DNA of 63,298 bases from Planctomycetota bacterium. Lineage in GTDB: Bacteria > Planctomycetota > Planctomycetia > Pirellulales > Lacipirellulaceae. The stretch covers positions 1 through 63,298 of the forward strand of contig JBCCXZ010000016.1 in assembly GCA_039190745.1 (NCBI GenBank). The letters are read 5' to 3'. Every line of letters begins with the position of its first letter. Position 1 is the first letter of the stretch. Of the stretch, positions 39,577 through 49,697 are shown in pieces. A program made the translations under genes and the position numbers. The notes below the pieces were generated by a model, which ran no database searches, was not told the DNA's origin, and saw only the letters and a list, made by a program, of their open reading frames with translations.

Positions 39577-41382
39577 CTACCCTTGCCGCTTCGGACCCCG
39601 CACGCCCTGAGACGGGTCCTGCCCGCCGAACTTCACCCTCCCGGGGCGGTCCTGGTAGTTCGGCAGCTCGCCCGCGATCGCCTCGGCGAGGTCGTCGCCC
39701 AGCTTCTCGGGGTCGTCCACCGGCCGCGCCTTCCGCTGGGCCTCCTCGTTGAACAGGTGCACCGTCTGCGTCGGGAACGCGAACGCCACCTCGAGCCGTT
39801 CCGCCAGCCGCACGATGTCCGCCAGCAGCCGGTGCCGCTCCCGCAGTTCCGTCGCCCAATCGGGCACAATGAAGTACACCACCAGCAGCACCTCGAGCGC
39901 GCTGGCGCCGAAGTCGTTGAAGTACGCCGCGTAGAAGTCCTTGCGCGTGTGCGGGTGGCGGCGGATCAGCTCGCGGATACCCTCGCAGAACGCCTCGATC
40001 TGCTCAGGCGTCGTGCCGTACTCCACTCCCAGCCGCGTCAGGTAACGGCGATACTCGCGACGCCCCATGTTGTCGACGCTCGCGGAAGCCAGCTTGCTGT
40101 TGGGCATCGTCACTTGGGAATTCAAACCGGTACGGATCCGCGTGCTGCGGAAGCCGACCTCTTCGACCTCGCCTTCGATGCCGTCCACCACAACCCAGTC
40201 GCCCCTCTCGAACGGTCGGTCGAACAGCACCATCACCGATCCGAAGAAGTTGCTCAGCGTGTCCTGCGACGCGAGGGCCAGCGCCACGCCGCCGATGCCC
40301 AGGCCGCCCAGCAGGGTCGCGGGCAGTTCCTCGCTGAAGGCCGCGAGCACAACCAACAAACCCAAGAAGCTGGCCAACACCTTGGTGGTCGTAGCAGCCA
40401 AGGGGACTACCAAATCGTCAAAGCGACGCGTGGTCTCTTTCGCCCGACTCCTCACCGCCAGGGCTACCAGGTCGATCACTGCAAAGGCCGCACGCACGGC
40501 CGCCAACGCGGTCAGCAGCTTCAGCAGCACGAGCATCCACCCCACAACCGAGAGCGGCAGCGCGATGGCCCGGGCCCCCCAGTACCAGGTGGCCGCATTC
40601 GCAAGCAACGCCAACGGTCCCCAGACCCGGGCGGTCGTGCTCTTGAAGTCGGGCTCGGCCCGGTGCAGCACCGCGTCGGCCACGGGGGTCAGCAGGCTCC
40701 GCACGACCCACTGCACCGCCAGGCCCGCCGCCGCCAGGATTATCAAACACACCCACTGGTACGCGGGCAGACCGAGCACCGCGCCTTGCATCGCGGCGGG
40801 GAAGAGCCGACGTACTCGTTCCGACAACGGCACGGTCGTCGTCGTTTCCACGGTAAACACCGAACGCGGTCCCTGCTCTTCGGCCGATTCGTAGAGCGAT
40901 TCGATCATCGCCACCGTCGAAGCCGAGAACCTCCACCAGCCGTCGCCGCCCTGGGCGATGACAATCTCTTCCGCCTCCTCAACGTCGTAGCGGGGCAGGT
41001 CCGAGAGGTGCCAGGGCCGGGGGTACTGGGGGTCATCGGGCACCCGGTCGAAGGCACCTTCACTCTCCAATAGCGGCCACTCCTCGGCCGGGGGGAGTTC
41101 GACCAGCTGCTGCATCGTGCGGAACAGTTGGAAAGCCAAGTCTGGCCCCCGCGAGGTCACCGCCTCGGCGTTCAACTCCGACAGATCGAGCAGCTGGGCG
41201 GCCGCCACCTTGTCGTCGCGCACCATGCGCCGCAAGAAACTCTTCAACACCTCGCGGGGGGATGCGTGCTCAGGCGGAGGCGGCGAGGCAACCGGAGACT
41301 CGCCCTGTCCCCGGCTGGGCGTCGCGATAGCCGAAGCGGTTAGCACAATCGACAGAAAGAAAACGACGCGGGGAAGGCGCAT
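39577..41382 (-). CDS. MscS-family mechanosensitive channel
   Basis: LGIGGVALALASQDTLSNFFG, PFERGDWV, VEEVGFRSTRIRT, PNS, AFPTQT; start uncertain. Confidence 0.92.
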   Translation of the reverse strand: MRLPRVVFFLSIVLTASAIATPSRGQGESPVASPPPPEHASPREVLKSFLRRMVRDDKVAAAQLLDLSELNAEAVTSRGPDLAFQLFRTMQQLVELPPAEEWPLLESEGAFDRVPDDPQYPRPWHLSDLPRYDVEEAEEIVIAQGGDGWWRFSASTVAMIESLYESAEEQGPRSVFTVETTTTVPLSERVRRLFPAAMQGAVLGLPAYQWVCLIILAAAGLAVQWVVRSLLTPVADAVLHRAEPDFKSTTARVWGPLALLANAATWYWGARAIALPLSVVGWMLVLLKLLTALAAVRAAFAVIDLVALAVRSRAKETTRRFDDLVVPLAATTTKVLASFLGLLVVLAAFSEELPATLLGGLGIGGVALALASQDTLSNFFGSVMVLFDRPFERGDWVVVDGIEGEVEEVGFRSTRIRTGLNSQVTMPNSKLASASVDNMGRREYRRYLTRLGVEYGTTPEQIEAFCEGIRELIRRHPHTRKDFYAAYFNDFGASALEVLLVVYFIVPDWATELRERHRLLADIVRLAERLEVAFAFPTQTVHLFNEEAQRKARPVDDPEKLGDDLAEAIAGELPNYQDRPGRVKFGGQDPSQGVRGPKRQG

Positions 41383-41428
41383 GCTGCTTGCTCGGTCAGG
41401 GAGGGAGGCGGGGCCAAACAAGGGACCG

Positions 41429-42535
41429 TCAGCCGCCAAGCTTACCAGCGGCCGCGTGCGGATCGTAGTGCCGCCGCGCCAGCACCCGGTTCTCCCGACG
41501 CACCAGCTGCCCGCAGGCAGCCGCTATGTCGGCTCCCAGCGAGTAGCGGATCGTGCACGTCAGCCCCGCACCTTTCAGCACGCCCGCGAACGCCTCCCGC
41601 CCTGCACGGTCGGTGCCCGCCAGGTGCGGGGCATCGTCCACAGGGTTGTAGGGGATCAGATTCACATGCACGTTCAGCCCGTCGCACCACTCGACCAACT
41701 CGGCCGCCTCTTCCAGCGAGTCGTTCATCCCGGCGAGCATCAGAAACTCCAGCATCACCGGACGGCCCTGCAGCCGATTCAGCTCTGCCACTGCAGCACG
41801 CAGGTCCGCGAGCGGGTAGTGCTTCGCCAGTGGGATCAGCCGTTCGCGCGTCTCTTGGCGTACGCTGTGAAGGCTGAGCGCCAGGTTCACCCCCGGCAGG
41901 CGGCGCCCGAAGCGGACCATCGCGTCGGGGATGCCGACTGTCGAGAGCAGCACCCGCCCGGCCGGGTGATGAAACCCGTCTGCCGCAACGAGACCTTCGA
42001 TCGCCGCCTGCACGCCGGCCTCGTTGTGGAGCGGTTCGCCCATGCCCATCAGCACAAGATTGCGCACCCGCCGGCCTTCGGCCGCGAGCAGTTCGCCCGC
42101 GAGCACCAGCTGGTCGAGGATTTCGCCCGCCGATAGATTCTGCGCGATGCCCATCCGCCCCGTCGCACAGAAGTCGCACGCCGCCGCACAACCCACCTGG
42201 CTGCTAACGCACAGCGTTGTCCGCCCCGTGTCGATCCTCAGGATGACCGCCTCCACGAGCATTCCGGCGTCGGTCTCGAGCAAGAGCTTCGTGGCCCCGT
42301 CGAGAGACGAATCGTGCCGTGAATGCACCCGCAGTGGGTGGAACCGCACGCGCTCGCCAAACGCTGCCCGTACCGGCTCCGGCAATTCCGCCAACGCCGC
42401 ATTGGCCCCCAGAAACTTCTTAAAGAACGCCAACCGCAAACGGCGAACATGCTGAGGGTCAAGGCGCAGCTCACGCCGCACCCGCTCAACACCGGCCGCT
42501 TCGTAGATGCTCACCTTGTTGTCTGAACCGCTCAC
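41429..42535 (-). CDS. rlmN: RlmN/Cfr-family radical SAM RNA methyltransferase
   Basis: CVSSQVGCAAACDFC, MGMGEP, SLH, NLIPYN, DIAAACGQL. Confidence 0.85.
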   Translation of the reverse strand: MSGSDNKVSIYEAAGVERVRRELRLDPQHVRRLRLAFFKKFLGANAALAELPEPVRAAFGERVRFHPLRVHSRHDSSLDGATKLLLETDAGMLVEAVILRIDTGRTTLCVSSQVGCAAACDFCATGRMGIAQNLSAGEILDQLVLAGELLAAEGRRVRNLVLMGMGEPLHNEAGVQAAIEGLVAADGFHHPAGRVLLSTVGIPDAMVRFGRRLPGVNLALSLHSVRQETRERLIPLAKHYPLADLRAAVAELNRLQGRPVMLEFLMLAGMNDSLEEAAELVEWCDGLNVHVNLIPYNPVDDAPHLAGTDRAGREAFAGVLKGAGLTCTIRYSLGADIAAACGQLVRRENRVLARRHYDPHAAAGKLGG

Positions 42536-43560
42536 GCCAGCACCGTCTTGCTTGGTTCGCCCGCCGTCTCACGCACATACCGCGGCACGAGGTAGCCCGG
42601 CAGCCTACGGCGAAGGCCGGCTGTCAACTCCATCCCCTTCGAGACCGAAACCTCGAAGTGCTGTGCGCCAGCCACGCGATCCAACTGGTGCAAGTAGTAA
42701 GGAAGCACGCCGATCTCAAACAGGCGCTCGCTCAGCGCAGCGAGCGTATCAACCGAGTCGTTCACCCCCCGCAGCAGAACCGCTTGGTTCAGCAACGCCG
42801 CCCCCGTCAGACGGAGCCGTTCCGTCGCTAGGGCAACGCCCGCGTCCAGTTCTCGCGCGTGGTTGGAGTGCAGCACCACCGCCGCCGACAGCCGCGTTCC
42901 CCGCAATAGATCGACGAGCGCTTCTGTCACCCGGCTGGGCGCCACCACCGGCATACGCGAGTGGAGCCGCAGCCGTCGCACGTGCTCTATCGATTCAATC
43001 TGGCCAACCAGATCACGCAACCGCTCGTCCGCCAGCATCAACGGGTCGCCGCCGCTGAGGATCACTTCAGTGATGGAAGGGTCCCGTTCGACGGCTCGCA
43101 ACGCTTCGCTCCAGCCGAGCCCTCCCACCGGAGATTCTTCGTAGGGGAAGTGCCGCCGGAAACAGTAGCGGCAATGCACAGGGCACACGCCGCTGGCAAC
43201 CAACAGCGCCCGGCCGCGGTACTTTTGCAGCACGCCAGGGGTGAGCTCCGCCGGCCCGTCGCCGACCGGGTCGGTCGAGAAGCCCTCCGCCGACTCGGCC
43301 TCGGACGCCACTGGCAGCACCTGCAGAAGGAGCGGGTCGCTCGCGTCGCCCGGCCGGATCCGGGCTAGGTACGCCGGCGGCACAAACACGGGGAACTGCC
43401 TCTCCCCGGCCCCAGCGGCCAGCGACTCGGGCAGCCCCAAACGACGGCAGAGTTCCGCTCCGCTGCGGACCGACGCCCGCAGTTCCGCCTGCCAGGACGA
43501 GCTTTCCGCGGCCGTCTCTGCGGCGCGGACAACCGGGTTTTCAGTCGCTAGAATACCCAA
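42532..43560 (-). CDS. epmB: EF-P beta-lysylation lysine 2,3-aminomutase (KamA family)
   Basis: KY.GRALL, CPVHCRYCFRRHFPY, SGGDPL, NQAVLLRGVND, PYYLHQLD; divergent from efp. Confidence 0.92.
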   Translation of the reverse strand: MGILATENPVVRAAETAAESSSWQAELRASVRSGAELCRRLGLPESLAAGAGERQFPVFVPPAYLARIRPGDASDPLLLQVLPVASEAESAEGFSTDPVGDGPAELTPGVLQKYRGRALLVASGVCPVHCRYCFRRHFPYEESPVGGLGWSEALRAVERDPSITEVILSGGDPLMLADERLRDLVGQIESIEHVRRLRLHSRMPVVAPSRVTEALVDLLRGTRLSAAVVLHSNHARELDAGVALATERLRLTGAALLNQAVLLRGVNDSVDTLAALSERLFEIGVLPYYLHQLDRVAGAQHFEVSVSKGMELTAGLRRRLPGYLVPRYVRETAGEPSKTVLA

Positions 43561-43711
43561 CTTCAAAACTCCCAATCGGGCCGGTGCTACCGCGGGCCTG
43601 CCGAGCGGAATCCCGGGCGCCGAAGCCCGGCCCCGCACTGAACCCTCAAGAATACCAACTCGCGAACGGTTCAGAGAACAACCAAGCCAGAAAGCAAGAC
43701 AGGATTTCCCC

Positions 43712-44287
43712 GTGGCAAGCTACAGCACCAACGAGTTCCGCAAGGGCTTGAAGATCCAGATCGACGGCGTCCCGTACCAGATGGTCGAGATGAACTTCCG
43801 CAAGCCCGGCAAGGGCACCGCCCTCTACGAGTGCAAGCTCAAGAACCTCGTCCGAGGCACCGTCACCGACAAGACCTACCGCGCCGGCCAGAGCGTCGAG
43901 GCCGCCGACGTCTCCGAGTTCACCGCCCAGTTCCTGTACGGCCAGGGAGACACCTACGTCTTCATGAAGAACGACGACTACGAGCAGTACGAGCTGCCCG
44001 AAGACCGCATCGGCGAGGAAGTGCGCTTCATCAAAGAAGGCATGAACTGCCAGCTCGTCGTCTTTAACGAGAACCCCATCGCGGTCACGCTCCCCAACCA
44101 TGTTGTGCTGCAAGTCGAGTACTGCGAGCCCTCGGTCAAGGGCAACACCGCCACGAACGTGCAGAAGCCCGTCAAGCTAGAGACCGGCGCCGAGATCCTC
44201 GCCCCCGCGTTCATCAACACCGGCGACTGGCTGCGCGTCGATACCCGCACCGGCGACTATATTGAACGGACCAAAGAACCCGAGTAA
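43712..44287 (+). CDS. efp: Elongation factor P
   Basis: KPGKG loop, KGNTA..KP..LETG, VDTRTG.Y..R; GTG start. Confidence 0.96.
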   Translation: MASYSTNEFRKGLKIQIDGVPYQMVEMNFRKPGKGTALYECKLKNLVRGTVTDKTYRAGQSVEAADVSEFTAQFLYGQGDTYVFMKNDDYEQYELPEDRIGEEVRFIKEGMNCQLVVFNENPIAVTLPNHVVLQVEYCEPSVKGNTATNVQKPVKLETGAEILAPAFINTGDWLRVDTRTGDYIERTKEPE

Positions 44288-44393
44288 CCCCGCCGGCGTC
44301 CGGGCGGATTGTCGCCAAGATCCCGCCCGCCTCGGCGAATAACTAACAATCCGCCCCAAGCGGAAAGCAACCCAGCCTCCGAGGAACCCGCGC

Positions 44394-44996
44394 ATGTCCG
44401 CCATTATCGCCCTGGTCGTCGTCGGCGTCATCGCGCTGATCGTCTTCATCTATGGAGTCGGCGTCTACAACAAGCTCGTCACGCTCGCCAACCGTTTCGA
44501 GAACGCCTTCTCCCAAATCGAGGTGCAGCTCAAGAGACGCTACGACCTCATCCCCAACCTGGTCGAAACCGTCAAAGGCTACATGAGCCACGAGCGCGAG
44601 ACGCTCGAAGCGGTCATCAAGGCGCGCAGCCAGGCCGTCACCGGGCTTGAGCACGCCGCCGCCAACCCCGGCAACGCCGCTGCGATGCAGGAACTCGCCG
44701 GCGCTGAGAGCATGCTCAGCGGGGCGCTCGGCCGCCTCTTCGCGCTCGCCGAGGCGTACCCCGACCTCAAGGCCAACCAGAACATGGCCCAGCTCACCGA
44801 GGAGATCACCTCCACCGAGAACAAAGTCTCCTTCGCCCGCCAGGCCTACAACGACTCGGTCACCCTCTTCAACACCTACCGGCAGCAGTTCCCCACCATT
44901 ATGTTCGCCGGCTGGGTCGGCTACACCGAGGACGCCGAACTGCTCGACTTCGACGACGCCCAGATCAACGAAGCCCCGAAGGTCTCGTTCGAGTAG
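44394..44996 (+). CDS. lemA: LemA family protein
   Basis: YN.LV, QLKRRYDLIPNLVETVKGY, EAYPDLKAN, ENK...ARQAYN. Confidence 0.95.
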   Translation: MSAIIALVVVGVIALIVFIYGVGVYNKLVTLANRFENAFSQIEVQLKRRYDLIPNLVETVKGYMSHERETLEAVIKARSQAVTGLEHAAANPGNAAAMQELAGAESMLSGALGRLFALAEAYPDLKANQNMAQLTEEITSTENKVSFARQAYNDSVTLFNTYRQQFPTIMFAGWVGYTEDAELLDFDDAQINEAPKVSFE

Positions 44997-45021
44997 CGGG
45001 CACGCCACCGCCGCCGCACTC

Positions 45022-45094
45022 TGTGGGAGGGCTCTCCGAGCCCGATTCCGGTTCGCAGCCGTGTGCGTAATCGGCCTCAGAGAGGCCTCCCACA
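45022..45094. repeat. Inverted REP pair (GGAGGGCTCTCCGAGCCCGAT family)
   Basis: Head-to-head pair; related copies at 51242-51265 and 63007-63079. Confidence 0.8.
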
Positions 45095-45109
45095 AGAACC
45101 ACCTCGACC

Positions 45110-47092
45110 ATGGCCACCGACTTCTTCGAGAGGCAGTCCCAGTCGCGCACCAATACCCGGTGGCTGGTCATCCTGTTCACCGTCGCGGTCGTCGTGCTGG
45201 TGGGCGCTGTCGTCGTCGTCACGGCGATCGCCACAGGCGTCGTGCAGGAAGGCGACCAGTCATTCGCGGCAACCGGTGAGCTCGCCGCACCAGGCGCCGA
45301 ACAACTGATGCCCGCCTTCGCCGCCGGCGGGTTCACGCTGCTGCTCATCCTCATGGGCAGCCTCTTCAAGATCGCCCAGCTCAACGGCGGCGGCACCACA
45401 GTCGCCGAGAGCCTCGGCGGACGCCGCCTCTTCGGCAACTCCGCCGACCCCTACGAGCAACGCCTGCTCAACGTGGTGGAAGAAATGGCGCTCGCGTCCG
45501 GCGTGCCGGTCCCGCCGGTCTTCCTCCTCAAAGAGGAGCAGGGCATCAACGCCTTCGCCGCCGGCTACTCCCCCAGCGACGCGGTGATCGGCGTCACCCG
45601 CGGCGCCACCGAGGGCCTCACCCGCGACGAGCTCCAAGGCGTCATCGCCCACGAGTTCAGCCACATCCTCAACGGCGACATGCGGATGAACATCCGCCTC
45701 ATCGGCGTCCTGCACGGCATCCTGCTGCTCGCGCTCATCGGCCGGGCCGCGCTCCGTATCGCCGCCCACTCCGGCCGCGGCCGACGCTCCTCGAAAGACA
45801 ACGGCGGCGGCATCGTCCTCGCCATCGTCGTCGTCGGCTTGGTCACCCTGATCCTCGGCTCCCTCGGCAGCTTCTTCGGCAACCTCATCAAAGCGGCCGT
45901 CTCCCGCCAGCGCGAGTACCTCGCCGACGCGTCCGCCGTGCAGTTCACGCGCAACCCCGGCGGCATCGGAGGCGCCCTCAAACGCATCGGCGGGGCCTCG
46001 ATGGGATCGCGGCTCCAGCATGCCAACGCCGCCGAGATGAGCCACATGTACTTCGGCCAGGGCGTCTGGGAGGGCTTCACCGGCATGATGGCCACGCACC
46101 CGCCGCTCCCCAAACGCATCCTCGCGATCGAACCCAACTGGGACGGCAGCTACCCGGCGCCGCTGACGGTGGCCGCGGTCAGCGCCGCGGGCGCGGCGGG
46201 CTTCGCCGGCGGGCCGAGCCGTTTCGCGGTCTCACAAGAAGTGGTCGAGAAGGCCGCCGACCAGGTCGGCGAACCGACTGAGCTCCACCGCCGCTACGTC
46301 GAAGAATTGGTCGGCCAACTCCCGCCACCGGTGCGCGACGCCGCACGCGAGCCCTACGGGTCCCGAGCCGTCATCTACGGCCTGCTGCTCGACGCCGACC
46401 CCAGCGTTCGCCAGGCCCAGTGGGCCGCGCTCGACCGCCACGCCGCCCCCGACGTCGCCGAGCTCACCCGCAAGCTCTCGCCGCAGATCGACACCGTCGA
46501 CGCCCGCTCCCGCCTGCCGCTGATCGACATGGCCCTGCCCTCGCTCCGGGCGATGACGCCGACGCAGTACAAGGCCTTCGCCGCCGCCTTCCAGAAGCTC
46601 ATCGAAGCCGACAACCGCATCGGCCTCTTCGAGTGGATGCTCCACCGCGTGCTCGTCCGGCACCTCGAACCCGAGTTCGGCGAGGTCCGCCGCCCGGGAA
46701 TCGCCTACTACCGCCTGCAGCGGCTCACCAAGGAGTGCTCGGGGCTGCTGTCGGCGCTCGCCCACTCCTCGGGCGACGCGGAAGAAGCCTTCGCCCGCGG
46801 GGCCGCAGAACTGTCGGGCGTCGAGGTGTACCTCATCGGCAAAGACCGCGCCGGCCTGGCCGACCTCAACGAGGCGCTCACTACGCTCACCCGGGTGGCC
46901 GCCGGTCGCCGCCGCGAGCTGATCGACGCCTGCGCCGCCTGCATCTGCGCCGACGACCACGTAAACGTCCGCGAGGCCGAGCTGCTCCGCGGCATCTCCG
47001 ACATGCTCGACTGCCCGATGCCCCCGCTCGTGGCGGGCCAGACCGTCAGCGCCGCCAACATCCCCGCCGTCGGCATGGGCCGCCCGTCGTGA
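45110..47092 (+). CDS. M48/HtpX-family membrane Zn protease with C-terminal extension
   Basis: NVVEEMA, INAFAAG, AHEFSH, SRQREYLAD, THPPL..RI. Confidence 0.92.
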   Translation: MATDFFERQSQSRTNTRWLVILFTVAVVVLVGAVVVVTAIATGVVQEGDQSFAATGELAAPGAEQLMPAFAAGGFTLLLILMGSLFKIAQLNGGGTTVAESLGGRRLFGNSADPYEQRLLNVVEEMALASGVPVPPVFLLKEEQGINAFAAGYSPSDAVIGVTRGATEGLTRDELQGVIAHEFSHILNGDMRMNIRLIGVLHGILLLALIGRAALRIAAHSGRGRRSSKDNGGGIVLAIVVVGLVTLILGSLGSFFGNLIKAAVSRQREYLADASAVQFTRNPGGIGGALKRIGGASMGSRLQHANAAEMSHMYFGQGVWEGFTGMMATHPPLPKRILAIEPNWDGSYPAPLTVAAVSAAGAAGFAGGPSRFAVSQEVVEKAADQVGEPTELHRRYVEELVGQLPPPVRDAAREPYGSRAVIYGLLLDADPSVRQAQWAALDRHAAPDVAELTRKLSPQIDTVDARSRLPLIDMALPSLRAMTPTQYKAFAAAFQKLIEADNRIGLFEWMLHRVLVRHLEPEFGEVRRPGIAYYRLQRLTKECSGLLSALAHSSGDAEEAFARGAAELSGVEVYLIGKDRAGLADLNEALTTLTRVAAGRRRELIDACAACICADDHVNVREAELLRGISDMLDCPMPPLVAGQTVSAANIPAVGMGRPS

Positions 47093-47961
47093 CGCCGCTC
47101 GAGTCGCTCCGCCTCCGCAGCGACACGCTGCGCGCCGCCCGCGGGTTCTTCAACGCCCGCGGCTTCCTCGAGGTCGAGACCCCGCTGCTCGCCGACGAGG
47201 CCATTCCCGAAACGCACATCGACCCGTTCGAGGTCCCCGGCGGCGGCTGGCTGCAGGCCTCGCCCGAGCTGCACATGAAGCGGCTGCTCGCGGCCGGCTC
47301 GGGGTCGATCTACCAGATCACGCGCTCGTTCCGCGCCGGCGAGGTCGGCCCGCAACACCGCCCAGAGTTCACGATTGTCGAGTGGTACGGCGTGGGCGAC
47401 GACATGCAGGCCGGCATGCGGCTGCTCTCCGACTTCTGCCAAACCGCCGCCGGCGCCCCGCCCGCCACGCACGTCACCTATGGCGAAGCGTTCCAGCAGC
47501 ACGCCGGCATCGACCCGTTCGAGTCCCCCACCACCGACCTCATCGCCGCCGCCGACCTCGACGACACCCAAGACCGCGACCTGCTGCTCGACGCCCTCAG
47601 CAGTAAAGTCCACGAGAAACTCGGACAGGCCGCACCCGAAATCCTCTACCACTACCCCGCCGCCCAGTCCGCCCTCGCCACAACCACCACCGACGAAAAC
47701 GGCCACGCGGTAGCCGAACGTTTCGAGCTCTTCTGGCGCGGCATCGAGCTAGCCAACGGCTACCACGAACTGACCGACCCCGCCGAACTCCGCCGCCGTT
47801 TCGAGTCGGTTCACGCCGCCCGCCGGTCCTCCGGCAAAACCACATCGCCAATGCCCGAAAGCTTGCTAGGTGCGATGGAGTCCGGCCTCCCCGCCTGCGC
47901 GGGGGTTGCCCTAGGATTCGACCGACTGCTGATGGCGATGACCGGGGCCGAGCACCTTTAG
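47089..47961 (+). CDS. epmA: EF-P lysine-(R)-beta-lysine ligase (GenX/PoxA)
   Basis: FLEVETP, LQASPELHMKRLLAAG, H.PEFT..EWY, AERFE, ELANGYHEL, GVALGFDRL; C-terminus looks short. Confidence 0.9.
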   Translation: MTPLESLRLRSDTLRAARGFFNARGFLEVETPLLADEAIPETHIDPFEVPGGGWLQASPELHMKRLLAAGSGSIYQITRSFRAGEVGPQHRPEFTIVEWYGVGDDMQAGMRLLSDFCQTAAGAPPATHVTYGEAFQQHAGIDPFESPTTDLIAAADLDDTQDRDLLLDALSSKVHEKLGQAAPEILYHYPAAQSALATTTTDENGHAVAERFELFWRGIELANGYHELTDPAELRRRFESVHAARRSSGKTTSPMPESLLGAMESGLPACAGVALGFDRLLMAMTGAEHL

Positions 47962-48175
47962 GCAGAAACCCTAGGTGTGGCGCCGACTGTTGTCCGCAGA
48001 CAGCTCCGACATCCAGTAGTGGCACGACCGGTCAACTTTCGGCGCCACTTGCAACAGGAAGCAGTGCGCTTGCCTCCTTTGTTTCGCAGATGGACAATCG
48101 CCTGAGTTAGCGTTACTCGATTGCTTCCCTCCTTCGGCAACCCATGGCACACGTAACTGCAGCACTATTCAGCTT

Positions 48176-48672
48176 ATGCAAACTGTCTATATCGAAACTC
48201 GGTTGTGAGTCACGCAACCGCACGCCCGAGTCCCGACCTCGCCACGGCAGTACTCCAAGCCGAAGCGCAATGCTGGATGGAACAACAACGACCGCTTCAC
48301 GAAGTGGTAATCTCACAGCTTGTCATTGACGAAGCCGAGATAGGCGACCCCGAGGCCGCTGCACGGCGCCTGGCATTGCTGGCAGGAATACCAGTGCTGC
48401 CGATAAACCCCGACGTAGCTAAAGTGGCTGATGAGATCATCACCCGATCGATGATGCCAGCCTCAGCCCGGATCGACGCCCTCCATGTAGCCGCGGCTGC
48501 CCTAGCCGGCGTACAATATTTGTTGACGCAGAACTGCAAGCACATCGCGAACGCCCACGAGCTTCCGCGCCTCTACCGGCTGCTCGACGAACTCGGTCTT
48601 CCTGGACTGCTGATCTGCACGCCGCAGGAATTCCTCGGAGGCTCACAAAGTGTCGAACAACAGAATACTTGA
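48176..48672 (+). pseudogene. PIN-domain (VapC-like) toxin, frameshifted near the 5' end
   Basis: ATG frame MQTVYIET stops at 48206-48208; the -1 frame continues VVSHATARPS..DALHVA..YLLTQNCKHIANA. Confidence 0.8.
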
Positions 48673-48856
48673 TGAACTGCACGCCGCACGCGGCACGATA
48701 CTCCACGACTACGACGGCGACATTGCCGCATACCTGCGTGACGCCCAGGCGAAGCTCGAGGCTTCAGGGCGGCCAGTCTGGCAGGGTGAGCAACGCACGA
48801 TCCTTCGAAGTGGCTCGGTTAAGCAGAGAACTCCGCCGGTTGAGCATACCTCGTAG
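48650..48856 (+). CDS. Small PIN-associated protein (putative antitoxin)
   Basis: Overlaps the PIN end; N.ILDEL..R....YDGD....SGR pattern. Confidence 0.65.
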   Translation: MSNNRILDELHAARGTILHDYDGDIAAYLRDAQAKLEASGRPVWQGEQRTILRSGSVKQRTPPVEHTS

Positions 48857-48947
48857 TCGCCACTCTAGAAGTCTAGCGCAGCCGCAAGCTTAGCGGGATT
48901 CGTGCCGCCGATCATCTGCTCGCCACCCGAGATTCCGGTAACCGACG

Positions 48948-49175
48948 ATGACTAACCCAATCACAACGGAAATCCGAGAAGCCCGTCGCCGCCTCGCCGA
49001 TAAGTTCGACAACGATCTGGATCGGATCGTGGACGATCTGCAGCGTAAGCAACGCGAGTCTGGACGCCGATATTCTGATCGTTCTAAGAGTGCACACAGT
49101 GCCGTCGTACAATACGGCAGCAACGCCGAGCAGCAGAACGAGAGCCGTTCAGCCGCCGTGGACGGCGATGGCTAA
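48948..49175 (+). CDS. Paralogue of the small PIN-associated protein
   Basis: NPI..EIR..R....FDNDL..I..DL...QRESGR, alignable by eye to 48650..48856. Confidence 0.65.
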   Translation: MTNPITTEIREARRRLADKFDNDLDRIVDDLQRKQRESGRRYSDRSKSAHSAVVQYGSNAEQQNESRSAAVDGDG

Positions 49176-49295
49176 TTTCCGTCAAGAGATTGCGGCGCGG
49201 CCCTCTCTTACACTGCCGAAGGCCGTATTGGCGATTGGTGTGGTTTCGCTGTAGTTGAGGATTACTCGTCGTCGCCCAATGAACCGAGGCGTTAA

Positions 49296-49697
49296 ATGCA
49301 CATATGCCCACCAGAAAACGTCACGGGCAGCGATCGCATTGTTAAGGCGATGGGATGCTGGCCGTCGTTTCACGATTCGCACGTACTTTCGGTTAAAGTT
49401 GAGGACGACTCGTGTCGCGTGATCCTCTTTGTCTTCCTGATCACGGATCAGGTTGACGACCAGGGATACTTCATTCTCACAAACCATCACAAGATCAGTC
49501 TTCAGATGTCGAGCGTGACCGAGTGTTCCCTGCCGCCAGGCTACGGTGGAGACATCCTGGACCAGTTAGTTATCGAGAAAATTGGAGGAGCTACAAAAGT
49601 CAGCTTCTGTTCTGCCGTCGACCCAAAGCAGGGCTGGCATATTCTCTGTGAGGAAGTGAAGGTTGCTGATGTCGAGTCGTGCGGCTCGCGCAAATAG
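49296..49697 (+). CDS. Imm50-like immunity protein
   Basis: G.WPSFHD..VLS N-terminal motif, IL..L.I and C..V.V C-terminus; low GC. Confidence 0.7.
   Translation: MHICPPENVTGSDRIVKAMGCWPSFHDSHVLSVKVEDDSCRVILFVFLITDQVDDQGYFILTNHHKISLQMSSVTECSLPPGYGGDILDQLVIEKIGGATKVSFCSAVDPKQGWHILCEEVKVADVESCGSRK

Noticed and set aside
41429..42535. Cfr-type resistance methyltransferase
   Set aside because: Host-like GC, housekeeping context and no mobile element; RlmN-type is more parsimonious, though phylogeny is needed.
46420..47088. N-terminal extension of the 513-aa ORF containing epmA
   Set aside because: Alternate frame of the M48 protease gene; the real start is GTG at 47089.
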